Of a stretch of DNA of 64,000 nt, positions 1 through 9,675 are shown piece after piece. Each line of letters starts with the position of its first letter. Within the stretch, counting starts at the first letter, position 1. Origin of the DNA: an uncultured Clostridia bacterium (lineage in GTDB: Bacteria; Bacillota; Clostridia; Oscillospirales; QAKW01); NCBI GenBank assembly GCA_944385895.1, contig CALWYZ010000011.1:1173-65172 (forward strand), given 5' to 3'. Below the pieces are notes generated by a model. That model ran no database searches. It saw only the letters and a program-made list of their open reading frames with translations, and was not told the DNA's origin. The position numbers were made by a program, and so were the translations under genes.

Positions 1-1339
1 AATAAAAAATAACGCACAAAATTATAGACACTGCCTCAGCAATTGGAAATGCCCACCAAACTGCACTCACATCGCCTGTCAAAGACAACAAGTATGCTAC
101 AGGAAGAATAACAATTATTTGACGGGCAATTGATACAAACATTGACCGGAAAGCATGTCCGAGTGCCTGAAACACAGATGACAGAACAATGCTGATACCC
201 GCAATAACAAAATGCAAGCTTATTATTCTAAGTGCAGTCACTCCCAAATTCATAAGGTTTTCGGAAGCATTGAAGATCATAAGTATCTGTCTTGGCAGAA
301 ATTGCAAAACCAACAGACCGACGGTCATTATGCAAACTGCGTATATGCAGGCACAGCGTATCGCCTTTTTAATCCTGTCACGTTTTCCCGCGCCATAATT
401 ATAGCTGATTATAGGTACCATACCGTTATTCAATCCGAATACAGGCATAAATACAAAGCTTTGAAGTTTAAAATAAACTCCGAAAACGGTAGCGGCAGTC
501 TCTGTAAAGCGTATCAGAATTTTGTTCATGCCGAAAACCATAATAGAACCTATCGACTGCATGATAATAGACGGCAGGGCAACAGCGTAAATATCACGAA
601 TGGCTTTTGAACAAGGTCTGAGCTGGCGCCAGCCCACACGCAGTTCTTTATTAAATTTGTGATGGAAAAACATTGTCAAAAACATAGCACATATCTGTCC
701 GATTACCGTAGCGACTGCAGCACCTGCTACACCCATTTTCGGCGCACCGAAATATCCGAATATAAAAATCGGATCAAGAATGATATTAATCACTGCTCCG
801 AGTCCCTGACAATACATTATATACACGGTTTTTCCGGTAGACTGCATAAATCTTTCAAACATGACCTGAAAGAACATTCCGAAAGAAAAGCACATGCATA
901 TAGAAAGATATTCAACACCGCCATCTACAATAGACTGTACGTTTGTCTGTATGGAAAAAAACCATCTGACAGTAGTCAATCCAAGCAAAAGAAAAACAAC
1001 ATAACTACATGCCGCAAGAAAAAGGCCGTTGTTTGCTATTTTATTTGCGCCTTCAAAATCCTTAGCTCCCAATCGCCTTGAAGTCAGAGCATTAACTCCT
1101 ACTCCAGTACCGATAGCCACAGCTATCATAAGACTCTGTGCGGGAAAGGCAAGTGATACGGCAGTAAGCGCATCCTCACTTACCCATGACACAAAAATAC
1201 TGTCTACAATATTATATAGCGCCTGTACAAACATAGAGGCCATCATTGGCAACGACATTGTTAAAAGCAATTTGTTTACGGGCATTACACCCATTTTATT
1301 TTCTTTTATTTCACTATTCGACAACAAAATACTCCTCAT
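1..1339 (-). CDS. MATE family efflux transporter (3' end runs off the left window edge)
   Basis: Missing from the ORF track because it is open at the window edge. My reverse-complement translation from the ATG at 1339-1337 gives MRSILLSNSEIKENKMGVMPVNKLLLTMSLPMMASMFVQALYNIVDSIFVSWVSEDALTAVSLAFP..., a continuous multi-pass hydrophobic protein with a typical MatE N-terminus. The + strand ORFs at 189-1361 are antisense artefacts. Confidence 0.8.
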   Translation of the reverse strand, partial: MRSILLSNSEIKENKMGVMPVNKLLLTMSLPMMASMFVQALYNIVDSIFVSWVSEDALTAVSLAFPAQSLMIAVAIGTGVGVNALTSRRLGAKDFEGANKIANNGLFLAACSYVVFLLLGLTTVRWFFSIQTNVQSIVDGGVEYLSICMCFSFGMFFQVMFERFMQSTGKTVYIMYCQGLGAVINIILDPIFIFGYFGAPKMGVAGAAVATVIGQICAMFLTMFFHHKFNKELRVGWRQLRPCSKAIRDIYAVALPSIIMQSIGSIMVFGMNKILIRFTETAATVFGVYFKLQSFVFMPVFGLNNGMVPIISYNYGAGKRDRIKKAIRCACIYAVCIMTVGLLVLQFLPRQILMIFNASENLMNLGVTALRIISLHFVIAGISIVLSSVFQALGHAFRSMFVSIARQIIVILPVAYLLSLTGDVSAVWWAFPIAEAVSIILCVIFY

Positions 1340-1417
1340 TCCACAAAAAATCGTATCATAAATTATATCATTTATAACAGACATTGTCAATCAATTAAAA
1401 AGTCTAAAAAATGCATA

Positions 1418-1446
1418 TTGACAAAAGTTTAAAAATGTCATATACT
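1418..1446 (+). promoter_or_regulatory. sigma-A type promoter for tRNA-Ser
   Basis: TTGACA (1418-1423), 17-nt spacer, TATACT (1441-1446). The tRNA 5' end lies 12 nt downstream. Confidence 0.6.
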
Positions 1447-1457
1447 TAACAACGCAC

Positions 1458-1549
1458 GGAGAGATGGCTGAGCTGGTCTAAGGCGCACGATTGGAAATCG
1501 TGTAGGCGTTAATAGCGTCTCAGGGGTTCGAATCCCCTTCTCTCCGCCA
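1458..1549 (+). tRNA. tRNA-Ser (anticodon GGA), CCA encoded
   Basis: Acceptor stem GGAGAGA/TCTCTCC. Anticodon stem CACGA/TCGTG with loop TTGGAAA. Long variable arm, T-arm AGGGG-TTCGAAT-CCCCT, discriminator G followed by CCA. Confidence 0.93.
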
Positions 1550-1556
1550 GTATCTT

Positions 1557-1588
1557 GCCGAATTCCTTTTTTGGATTCGGCTTTTTTT
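1557..1588 (+). terminator. intrinsic terminator after tRNA-Ser
   Basis: GCCGAATTCC / GGATTCGGC hairpin followed by TTTTTTT. Confidence 0.7.
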
Positions 1589-1720
1589 ATTGAAATATTT
1601 TAGTTATCATTTTATTGTAAAATTTACTCCGGTTATATAAAACGCGAGATATATAAAGCATAAAGCCACAAGTACGGGTAAAAATAATATAAATTAATTT
1701 TGTTTTTAAAGGAGATTATT

Positions 1721-3025
1721 TTGAAATCGGTATGGTCTGATTCAACAAATTTACCCGAATTTCCCAAGCTTGACAGTGACAAAAAAACCGATGTGCTTAT
1801 AATCGGCGGGGGCATCGGAGGTATACTTTGTGCATATTTTTTACACATGGCAGGTATTGACTATATTCTTACCGAGGCTGAAACAATATGTCACTCAACG
1901 ACAAAAAATACAACAGCGAAGATAACCGCACAGCACGGATTTATTTACAGTAAACTGATACGGCTCATGGGAGTATACAAAGCAGAAAAATACCTTAATG
2001 CAAATATTGAAGCGCTTGATAAATATCGTCACATATGCAAAAATATCGACTGTGACTTTGAAAGTAAAATCAACGGAGTATATTCTCTTTTTGACAAGAA
2101 TAAAATACGCGAAGAATTAGAAGCTCTAAAGCGTTTAAATTTTCATGCGGAATATGAAGCCGATCCAGACATTCCGGTAAAAACAGCCGGAGCTGTTATT
2201 TTTAATAATCAAGCTCAGTTCAATCCGCTTAAATTCATTTCTGCAATATCGGCAAATCTAAACATTTTTGAGCATACGCGTGTAACTTCAATTTCCTCAA
2301 AAACAGCTTTTACAGACTGTTATAAGATATCAGCGAAAAGAATAATTGTTGCCACTCATTTTCCTTTTATCAACCGCCATGGAAGCTATTTTTTGAAAAT
2401 GTATCAGCATCGTTCATATGTTATTGCCTACTCAAATACTCCCAATATTAACGGCATGTATACTGACGGCTCCGGAAGCGGTATGTCTTTCAGAAATTAC
2501 AAGGATTTGCTTTTGATCGGAGCGGGCGGACATCGCACCGGTATGCAGGGAGGAAATTTTAATGATATCGAAAAATTTACAAAGGATCACTTTCCGCAAG
2601 CAATACAGAGATATCGGTGGGCGACTCAAGACTGTATGACACTTGATAGCGCACCTTATATAGGTAAATACTCGGCTTTGACTCCAAATCTTTTTGTCAC
2701 AACAGGATATAATAAATGGGGCATGACACAAGCTATGGTATCCGCCCTGCTGCTCACCGATCTTATGCTGGGCAAAGACAATATATATTCCGGTGTTTTT
2801 TCACCGTCAAGAAGTATTTTACGCAAACAGACAATAATTAACTTGGCAACTGCATTAACGGGTATACTATCATTTTCTGAAAAGAGATGCCCCCACATGG
2901 GATGTGTTTTGAAGAGAAACAAAGCTGAGCACACATGGGATTGCCCGTGTCACGGATCCAGATTTACAGACAGCGGACAGGTTATAAACAACCCTGCCAC
3001 TAAAAATTTAAAGCATAAATCTTAA
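1721..3025 (+). CDS. FAD-dependent oxidoreductase with C-terminal Rieske [2Fe-2S] domain (YhfW-like)
   Basis: Rossmann motif DVLIIGGGIGGILCAYF at the N-terminus. Rieske ligand motifs CPHMGC...CPCHGSRF at the C-terminus. I prefer the TTG at 1721, preceded by AAAGGAG (1708-1714), over the track start at 1700. Confidence 0.8.
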   Translation: MKSVWSDSTNLPEFPKLDSDKKTDVLIIGGGIGGILCAYFLHMAGIDYILTEAETICHSTTKNTTAKITAQHGFIYSKLIRLMGVYKAEKYLNANIEALDKYRHICKNIDCDFESKINGVYSLFDKNKIREELEALKRLNFHAEYEADPDIPVKTAGAVIFNNQAQFNPLKFISAISANLNIFEHTRVTSISSKTAFTDCYKISAKRIIVATHFPFINRHGSYFLKMYQHRSYVIAYSNTPNINGMYTDGSGSGMSFRNYKDLLLIGAGGHRTGMQGGNFNDIEKFTKDHFPQAIQRYRWATQDCMTLDSAPYIGKYSALTPNLFVTTGYNKWGMTQAMVSALLLTDLMLGKDNIYSGVFSPSRSILRKQTIINLATALTGILSFSEKRCPHMGCVLKRNKAEHTWDCPCHGSRFTDSGQVINNPATKNLKHKS

Positions 3026-3063
3026 TATTTTAATACAATCCATACAGCAAGAGTTGTTACAAA

Positions 3064-3096
3064 TAAAAAATTGACGGATAAGTCCGTCAATTTTTT
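3064..3096. terminator. bidirectional terminator between convergent genes
   Basis: TTGACGGA-taag-TCCGTCAA hairpin flanked by an A-run and a T-run. It overlaps the stop codon of the Rrf2 gene. Confidence 0.65.
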
Positions 3097-3496
3097 ATTT
3101 CATCAAATCCCCCAGTGTAATTGAGTCGAAAAAGTTTTTTATCATCTCATCAAGCTTTTTCCACATAGGAAGTGTGCGGCAATTTTCTTGCATAGGACAT
3201 GCTGGCTGTGAGCATTCAAGACAGGATACCGGTGCAAGCGTTCCCTCGGTAAGCCGAAGTATATCCCCCACAGAACAACTTTCCGGCTTTTTTTCAAGCC
3301 GATAACCGCCGCCTTTGCCGTGCAGAGCCGCTACATATCCGTTTTTTACAAGCACAGGCATTATTCTTTCAATATATTTAAGTGATATCTGCTGCCTTTT
3401 TGCCACATCTCTCAAAGGTATATATCCACCGTTTTCGTGTTCGGCAAGATCGATCAGCACTCTGAGGGCATACCTGCCGCGCGTTGAAATCATCAT
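3095..3496 (-). CDS. Rrf2 family transcriptional regulator (CymR/IscR-like), Cys-rich C-terminal half
   Basis: The N-terminus MISTRGRYALRVLIDLA...ISLKYIERIMPVLVKNGYV is the Rrf2 winged helix. Cysteine cluster VSCLECSQPACPMQENC. It is the last gene of the met/cys operon. Confidence 0.88.
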   Translation of the reverse strand: MMISTRGRYALRVLIDLAEHENGGYIPLRDVAKRQQISLKYIERIMPVLVKNGYVAALHGKGGGYRLEKKPESCSVGDILRLTEGTLAPVSCLECSQPACPMQENCRTLPMWKKLDEMIKNFFDSITLGDLMK

Positions 3497-3511
3497 AAAA
3501 CTATTATCCTT

Positions 3512-4444
3512 TTAATCGGCAAAAAGCGCGGTGGAAAGATATCTGTCTCCGGTATCGGGCATGAGCACAACAATATTTTTAGAAAAGTTTTGTGATTCAC
3601 GCGCCAGTCTGACTGCCGCATCCAGAGCGGCACCCGATGAAATACCTACAAGCACACCGTCGCACTGCCCTACAAGCCTTCCCATTTTAAATGCATCCTC
3701 GTCTTTTACCGTCATTATCCGGTCATATATTTGCCTGTCAAGTGCATCGGGAACAAATCCGGCTCCTATCCCCTGGATTTTATGCGCACCGGACACACCT
3801 TTTGAAAGTACGGGTGACGACTCGGGTTCTACAGCAACAATCTGTATACTGCTGTTTTTAGATTTGAGGTATCTCCCCACACCGCTGATGGTGCCGCCCG
3901 TTCCGACTCCGGCGACAAATATATCCACCTTGCCGTCAGTATCTGAATATATTTCAGGACCTGTTGTTTCAAAATGCGCCTGAGGATTTGCCGGATTTTC
4001 AAACTGACCGGGAATAAAGCTGTCCGGTATTGATGAGGCAAGCTCATTTGCTTTTTCTATTGCGCCTGTCATGCCTTTTGCGCCGTCTGTCAGCACAAGC
4101 TCTGCACCATACGCCTTCATAAGCTGTCTGCGTTCTACCGACATGCTGTCGGGCATCACAATAATAAGACGGTATCCGCGGGCTGCGGCTACACATGCAA
4201 GGCCTATACCGGTATTTCCGCTTGTAGGCTCGATTATGACAGAGTTTGGAGTCAGCCTACCGGTTTTTTCAGCATCATCCAGCATCGCTTTTGCAACACG
4301 GTCCTTTACCGAACCGGCCGGGTTAAAGTATTCGAGCTTAGCCAATATTTTAGCCTTAAGTCCCAGCTTTTTTTCTGTATTTGTCAACTCCATAAGCGGA
4401 GTTTTGCCGATCAGCTGATCAGCTGAGGTATAAATTTTTGGCAT
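3512..4444 (-). CDS. cysK: cysteine synthase A (O-acetylserine sulfhydrylase)
   Basis: LIGKTPLMEL, PLP-lysine context NPAGSVKDR, TSGNTGIGLA, GVGTGGTISG. Confidence 0.93.
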   Translation of the reverse strand: MPKIYTSADQLIGKTPLMELTNTEKKLGLKAKILAKLEYFNPAGSVKDRVAKAMLDDAEKTGRLTPNSVIIEPTSGNTGIGLACVAAARGYRLIIVMPDSMSVERRQLMKAYGAELVLTDGAKGMTGAIEKANELASSIPDSFIPGQFENPANPQAHFETTGPEIYSDTDGKVDIFVAGVGTGGTISGVGRYLKSKNSSIQIVAVEPESSPVLSKGVSGAHKIQGIGAGFVPDALDRQIYDRIMTVKDEDAFKMGRLVGQCDGVLVGISSGAALDAAVRLARESQNFSKNIVVLMPDTGDRYLSTALFAD

Positions 4445-4464
4445 TTTGCAAACTCCTTAAATGA

Positions 4465-5172
4465 TCACTTGTTTTTCAGTCTTTTATCCGATCTTACAGC
4501 GGCACGAGTGCCGATGCTCTGAAAGGCCTGAACCAGTATTATAAGTAAAATAACAGCGGCAATCATTATAAGATACTTATAACGGTAATACCCGTAATTC
4601 ATCGCGATTTTGCCAAGTCCTCCACCGCCTATGATACCGCTCATTGCAGAATAGCCCAAAATCGTGGTTATTGCAATAGTTATATTTGACAAAAGCGACG
4701 GAAAGCTTTCGGGAATCATTACTTTGACTATTATTTGTAAAGGAGAAGCGCCCATACTCTGCGCCATCTCTATTATGTTCGGATTCACCTCTCGCATACT
4801 GCTTTCAACCAGCCGTGCGACAAACGGGAAGCCCGCTATCACCAACGGCACGATGGATGCCACAGTACCTACAACAGTACCGACAATAAGCCGCGTCAGG
4901 GGAAATACCAACACCATTAAAATCAAAAACGGCACTGAGCGCAATAAGTTTATTACTACATTAAGTATATGCATAAGCCATGCCGGCAAAGGTAAAACGC
5001 CGTTTCTTTCTCCGGCGACAAGCAACACACCCAAAGGCAAACCTATAACTACCGAAAAAGCTGTAGCAAGTATTGTTACATACACAGTTTCCCATATTGC
5101 CTGCGGAAACTGCGTACTTATTACCTGCCATGCCTCGGCAAGTGTTTCTGATGAGAAAAGTTTATCTATCAT
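4465..5172 (-). CDS. metI: methionine ABC transporter permease
   Basis: Multi-TM BPD-type permease with the MetI-like C-terminus GGGGLGKIAMNYGYYRY. It overlaps metN by 11 nt. Confidence 0.88.
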   Translation of the reverse strand: MIDKLFSSETLAEAWQVISTQFPQAIWETVYVTILATAFSVVIGLPLGVLLVAGERNGVLPLPAWLMHILNVVINLLRSVPFLILMVLVFPLTRLIVGTVVGTVASIVPLVIAGFPFVARLVESSMREVNPNIIEMAQSMGASPLQIIVKVMIPESFPSLLSNITIAITTILGYSAMSGIIGGGGLGKIAMNYGYYRYKYLIMIAAVILLIILVQAFQSIGTRAAVRSDKRLKNK

Positions 5173-6178
5173 TCAAAGACACCTCCTGGACAAATATATC
5201 CGGAGTTTTTTGCAGGTACTGTATAGCGCCCCGGACCTTATCATCTCCGCCCGTAATACCAAGAAGCATTGAGCCGTATGCTTTTTCTCCTATGCTTTTG
5301 GTCGATGCATAGGCAATGCTTGCCTCTATTCCTTCCTCTACCGCCATTCTGGCAATAAGCGGGGTACCGGTGGCATTCGCGCCGTTAAAGACTACACGGA
5401 TAAAGCGTTCATCTGAGCTGTTTACTACAACCGCAGCTCCTTCTCCCTCAGGAAATACAAGGCGCCTTGCAGCGGCAGACTGAGGATGCGCAAACACCTC
5501 TCCTACCTCTCCGCTTTCAACTACTTCGCCTTCGTCCAGTATTGCTACATGCTTGCAGATGCTCTCAACAACACTCATTTGATGAGTTATTATTATTACT
5601 GTTATCCCGAGTTTCCTGTTTATATCACCGATAAGTTCCAGCACGGAATGTGTTGTAGTCGGATCAAGAGCACTTGTAGCTTCATCGCACAGCAATACCT
5701 TGGGGTTTGTAGCAAGCGCTCTTGCTATTGCTATACGCTGCTGCTGACCGCCTGAAAGCTGAGCGGGATATGCCTTCGCTTTTTCAGAGAGGCCTACCAG
5801 TTCCAGAAGCTCATACGCACGTTTGCGGGCGTCTGCACGCTTTATGCCTTCAAGCTCAAGCGGAAAGCAAATATTGCCCAGACAATTTCTCTGCATAAGA
5901 AGGTTAAAGCCCTGAAAAATCATTGTGATTTTTCTGCGCTCGTGACGCAGCTGTTTCTTGGTAAGAGAACCGATGTCGCAGCCGTCTATACACACGCTGC
6001 CTGAGTTTGGCCTCTCCAGCATATTGATACAGCGTACAAGCGTGCTTTTACCGGCTCCGCTCATTCCGATTATACCGTAGATATCGCCGTCTTCTATTCT
6101 CAAAGACACATTTTTAAGAGCCTCAACAGATCCATCTGCGGTTGTAAATGTCTTTGTCAGGTTTGTTATTTCTATCAT
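5162..6178 (-). CDS. metN: methionine ABC transporter ATP-binding protein
   Basis: Walker A GMSGAGKST, signature LSGGQQQR, Walker B LLCDEATSALD, and a C-terminal NIL-type domain. Confidence 0.92.
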   Translation of the reverse strand: MIEITNLTKTFTTADGSVEALKNVSLRIEDGDIYGIIGMSGAGKSTLVRCINMLERPNSGSVCIDGCDIGSLTKKQLRHERRKITMIFQGFNLLMQRNCLGNICFPLELEGIKRADARKRAYELLELVGLSEKAKAYPAQLSGGQQQRIAIARALATNPKVLLCDEATSALDPTTTHSVLELIGDINRKLGITVIIITHQMSVVESICKHVAILDEGEVVESGEVGEVFAHPQSAAARRLVFPEGEGAAVVVNSSDERFIRVVFNGANATGTPLIARMAVEEGIEASIAYASTKSIGEKAYGSMLLGITGGDDKVRGAIQYLQKTPDIFVQEVSLNDR

Positions 6179-6187
6179 AAAAATCTT

Positions 6188-7039
6188 CTATTTCTTGATA
6201 GCGTCAAGACTTGTCTGTTTGCCGCCGTATATTCCCAAAGGCTCCACGTGTATAGTCGATACGGACACTATATGAGTACCGTTTTCTTTATTGAAGTCCT
6301 CAAGATAGGGATAGTGCTGGAAATAGTTGGCATCAACTTCTCCGCTCTCAACAACGTTGTTGGGCTGAACATAATCTGTAAACTCCTCGATTTTTAAAGT
6401 AATATTCTTTTCAGCCAGTATTTCCTTTGCAACGGCAAGGATCTCTGCGTGTGGTGCAGGGCTTGCGGCAACCGTCACGGTACTTCCTGCCAAGGCTTCA
6501 TAATCGACATCGGCAGCAAATCCGTCTGTAGGATTATCCACAACAGAGATTACTGCTCCGCCGTATTTTGAGGTTATAAAATCAGCTACTTTTTTGCTTT
6601 CAAGAGCGGCTTTCAGAGCCTTGATAATATCCGAATTCTCGTTTCCTTCTTTAACAGCAAGGATATTGCCGTATGCCGAAGATGAGCCCTCAAGATCAAG
6701 GGCGTCCTTCATCGGATCCAAGCCTGCAGAAATCGCGTAATTTGAGTTTATTACTGCATAGTCCACATCAGGCAGTACATTTGGAAGCTGAGCCGCCTCA
6801 ACCTCATTGAATTCAATATTATAGGGATTTTCCTCGATATCAAGAATCGTAGCTGTAATGCCTGCGCCGTCCTTAAGCTTTATATATCCCAGGTCTTCAA
6901 GCAAAAGCAGGGCACGTGCTTCATTAGTGGTGTCATTGGGTATAGCGATGGTGATTTTTTTTGAGCTGCACGAAGAGAGTGCGATAATACTTGTAAATAC
7001 CAAAACAACTGAAAGTATAATTGATATTGTTTTTTTCAT
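6188..7039 (-). CDS. metQ: MetQ/NlpA family lipoprotein (methionine-binding)
   Basis: Signal peptide and lipobox MKKTISIILSVVLVFTSIIALSSC. The ATG at 7039 is preceded by AAGGAG. The upstream part of the track ORF (to 7096) has no RBS. Confidence 0.88.
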   Translation of the reverse strand: MKKTISIILSVVLVFTSIIALSSCSSKKITIAIPNDTTNEARALLLLEDLGYIKLKDGAGITATILDIEENPYNIEFNEVEAAQLPNVLPDVDYAVINSNYAISAGLDPMKDALDLEGSSSAYGNILAVKEGNENSDIIKALKAALESKKVADFITSKYGGAVISVVDNPTDGFAADVDYEALAGSTVTVAASPAPHAEILAVAKEILAEKNITLKIEEFTDYVQPNNVVESGEVDANYFQHYPYLEDFNKENGTHIVSVSTIHVEPLGIYGGKQTSLDAIKK

Positions 7040-7190
7040 AACTATTTTCTCCTTAAAAATATTAATTAATTTTAGTTGAAACAGCGCTGAAGTCACATTC
7101 GTCCAAACCTGAAATTTGCCCTTACAAGCATTTCAAAATAATTGAAACATTTTCTCATAGCATTACCTACCGTTCAAGTATGTTGGTCGA

Positions 7191-7219
7191 ATTATAACAC
7201 TGTGCAAAGGTTTTGTCAA
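7191..7219 (-). promoter_or_regulatory. consensus sigma-A promoter of the metQNI-cysK-Rrf2 operon
   Basis: On the minus strand: TTGACA (7219-7214), exactly 17 nt, TATAAT (7196-7191). This leaves a leader of about 145 nt before metQ. Confidence 0.7.
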
Positions 7220-7229
7220 TAGAAAAGCC

Positions 7230-7264
7230 AAAAATATCCTGCGGCAATAGCCGCAGGATATTTT
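7230..7264 (-). terminator. intrinsic terminator after leuS
   Basis: ATATCCTGCGG-caatag-CCGCAGGATAT hairpin, followed on the minus strand by a U-run. Confidence 0.75.
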
Positions 7265-7269
7265 ATCTT

Positions 7270-9675
7270 TTACCTGATAACAAGATTTAAAAGCTTGCCT
7301 TTGACATAAATTGATTTTACTATTTGTTTTCCTTCCAGCAGCGAGCTAATACGCTCATTGCTTTTGGCCGCCTCAAGTACAAAAGACTCGTCTGCGTCTA
7401 CCGGTACGGTAAGTTTGCCTTTCACCTTGCCCATTATCTGGACTGCTATTTCGACCTGGTCAAGCTTTGTCTTGTTCTGGTCATAAACAGGCCATTTTGC
7501 ATATGTCATATCTCCTTCAAAGCCGGCAAGCTGCCACAACTCTTCACAGATATGAGGTGCAAAGGGGCAAAGCAATGTTATAAAGGTCTTAAATTCGGTT
7601 TTATTAATAGAATTCTTATCGTAAATTTCATTGATAAGTGTCATCATTGACGCAAGCGCAGTATTAAATTTGAGCGCCTCGATATCCTCTGTAACCTTTT
7701 TTATTGTGATATGGAAAGAGCGTTCCAGTTCCTTGGAGTAGCCCTGACCTTCAGTAAGGATATCCATAAGAGACATGACACGTTCAAGAAAGCGCTTACA
7801 GCCCTTGATACTCGAGGTATTCCACGGCGCACTTTTTTCAAAGTCGCCTATAAACATCTCGTACAACCGCATCGTATCTGCACCGTACTGCTCTATGATA
7901 TCATCCGGGTTTATGACATTGCCGCGTGACTTACTCATTTTTTCGCCGTTCTCTCCCAGTATCATACCGTGAGATGTACGCTTAGCATACGGTTCCTTTG
8001 TCGGCACAACGCCTATATCATACAAGAACTTATGCCAGAATCTTGAATAAAGCAGATGCAGTGTTGTATGCTCCATACCTCCGTTATACCAGTCGACCGG
8101 GCTCCAGTATTCAAGAGCCTCTTTTGAGGCAAGTTCCTTATCGTTATGCGGATCCATATATCTGAGAAAATACCAGGATGAGCCCGCCCACTGAGGCATT
8201 GTATCAGTCTCGCGCTTAGCGGGGCCCGAGCATTTGGGACATGTAGTATTTACAAAGCTGTCCATTGCCGCAAGCGGGCTTTCCCCGTTATCGGTCGGTT
8301 CATAGCTGTCAACATCGGGAAGCATAAGCGGAAGCTCGCTTTCGGGCAGCGGAACATATCCGCATTTTTCACAGTATACAATAGGTATCGGCTCGCCCCA
8401 ATAACGCTGGCGTGAAAATACCCAGTCACGCAGCTTATAGTTCACCTTGGACTCACCGCAGCCCTTTTCTTCGAGGTATTGAATGATTTTCTTTTTGGCC
8501 TCATCTACGCTAAGACCGTTCAGAAATCCGCTGTTGACCATTGTACCGGTTTCAACATCGGTATATGCCTGATTCTGTACATCGCCGCCTGCGACTACCT
8601 CTATTATAGGAAGATCAAACTTCTTTGCAAACTCCCAGTCTCGTGTATCGTGCGCAGGGACCGCCATAATAGCGCCGGTTCCGTATGACATCAGCACATA
8701 GTCGGAAATATAGATCGGTATTTGTTTGCCGTTTACAGGATTTATTCCGTCAATACCCTCTAAACGCACACCTGTCTTTTCCTTTGCAAGTTCCGTGCGC
8801 TCAAAATCACTCTTAGCTGCTGCGGTTTTTCTGTATTCGAGAACCTGATCTATATTTTTTATAATATCAGAATACTGTTCTATAATCGGATGCTCTGGAG
8901 ATATGACCATATATGTCGCACCGAACAAAGTGTCCGGACGGGTTGTATACACCTCAAGCTGACTGCCGGCTGTCGTTTTAAATCTAACAGAGGCGCCGGT
9001 AGACCTGCCTATCCAGTTTTTCTGCTGGATTTTTACACGGTCTATAAAATCAAGATCGTCAAGATCGTCTATAAGACGCTGTGCATATTCGGTGATCTTC
9101 AGCATCCACTGGCTCTTTACTTTATGTATCACATCACTGTGACAGCGCTCACACTTGCCGTTTACAACCTCTTCGTTTGCAAGTACCACCTTACATGATG
9201 TGCACCAGTTTACATTCATTTCCTTTTTGTATGCCAGACCATGCTTGAACATCTGCAGAAATATCCACTGAGTCCATTTATAATACGACGGGTCTGTTGT
9301 ATTTATCTCGCGCGACCAGTCAAACGACAATCCCAGTGCCTTAAGCTGAGACTTAAAGCGCTTTATATTGTTTTCTGTAACCGTCTTAGGATGTATTTTA
9401 TTTTTTATTGCAAAATTTTCGGTAGGCAGTCCGAAAGCGTCCCAGCCCATGGGATATAAAACATTATAGCCCTGCATGCGTTTTGCTCTTGATACTATAT
9501 CAAGAGCTGTATATGATCTGGGATGTCCCACATGAAGGCCCTGGCCCGATGGATACGGAAATTCCACAAGAGCATAAAACTTCGGCTTTGTTCTGTCGAT
9601 TTCTACCTTAAAGGACTCATTGTCGTCCCAATACTTCTGCCACTTTTTTTCCACCTGTTTAAAATCATATCTCAT
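7270..9675 (-). CDS. leuS: leucine--tRNA ligase
   Basis: 801 aa. HIGH-type motif [12 protein letters not shown] and KMSKS motif [10 protein letters not shown]. The start overlaps the upstream ORF by 11 nt and has a GAGGGGG RBS. Confidence 0.96.
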   Translation of the reverse strand: MRYDFKQVEKKWQKYWDDNESFKVEIDRTKPKFYALVEFPYPSGQGLHVGHPRSYTALDIVSRAKRMQGYNVLYPMGWDAFGLPTENFAIKNKIHPKTVTENNIKRFKSQLKALGLSFDWSREINTTDPSYYKWTQWIFLQMFKHGLAYKKEMNVNWCTSCKVVLANEEVVNGKCERCHSDVIHKVKSQWMLKITEYAQRLIDDLDDLDFIDRVKIQQKNWIGRSTGASVRFKTTAGSQLEVYTTRPDTLFGATYMVISPEHPIIEQYSDIIKNIDQVLEYRKTAAAKSDFERTELAKEKTGVRLEGIDGINPVNGKQIPIYISDYVLMSYGTGAIMAVPAHDTRDWEFAKKFDLPIIEVVAGGDVQNQAYTDVETGTMVNSGFLNGLSVDEAKKKIIQYLEEKGCGESKVNYKLRDWVFSRQRYWGEPIPIVYCEKCGYVPLPESELPLMLPDVDSYEPTDNGESPLAAMDSFVNTTCPKCSGPAKRETDTMPQWAGSSWYFLRYMDPHNDKELASKEALEYWSPVDWYNGGMEHTTLHLLYSRFWHKFLYDIGVVPTKEPYAKRTSHGMILGENGEKMSKSRGNVINPDDIIEQYGADTMRLYEMFIGDFEKSAPWNTSSIKGCKRFLERVMSLMDILTEGQGYSKELERSFHITIKKVTEDIEALKFNTALASMMTLINEIYDKNSINKTEFKTFITLLCPFAPHICEELWQLAGFEGDMTYAKWPVYDQNKTKLDQVEIAVQIMGKVKGKLTVPVDADESFVLEAAKSNERISSLLEGKQIVKSIYVKGKLLNLVIR

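Noticed and set aside
189-1361. Four + strand ORFs (69-140 aa) at the left edge.
   Set aside because: They lie antisense to a continuous MATE transporter frame on the minus strand that I could translate end to end. Their sequences are low-complexity and have no recognisable motifs.
1340-1720. tRNA-Ser as a possible integration hotspot or genomic island boundary.
   Set aside because: No integrase, no direct repeat of the tRNA 3' end and no phage or mobile genes lie on either side. The neighbours are ordinary housekeeping-type genes.
7040-7190. Possible S-box (SAM-I) riboswitch or T-box in the metQ leader.
   Set aside because: I could not find the conserved SAM-I core sequences, a T-box motif or a terminator/antiterminator pair. 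Only a short AT-rich hairpin is present. I kept this as an open question in the findings rather than calling an RNA element.
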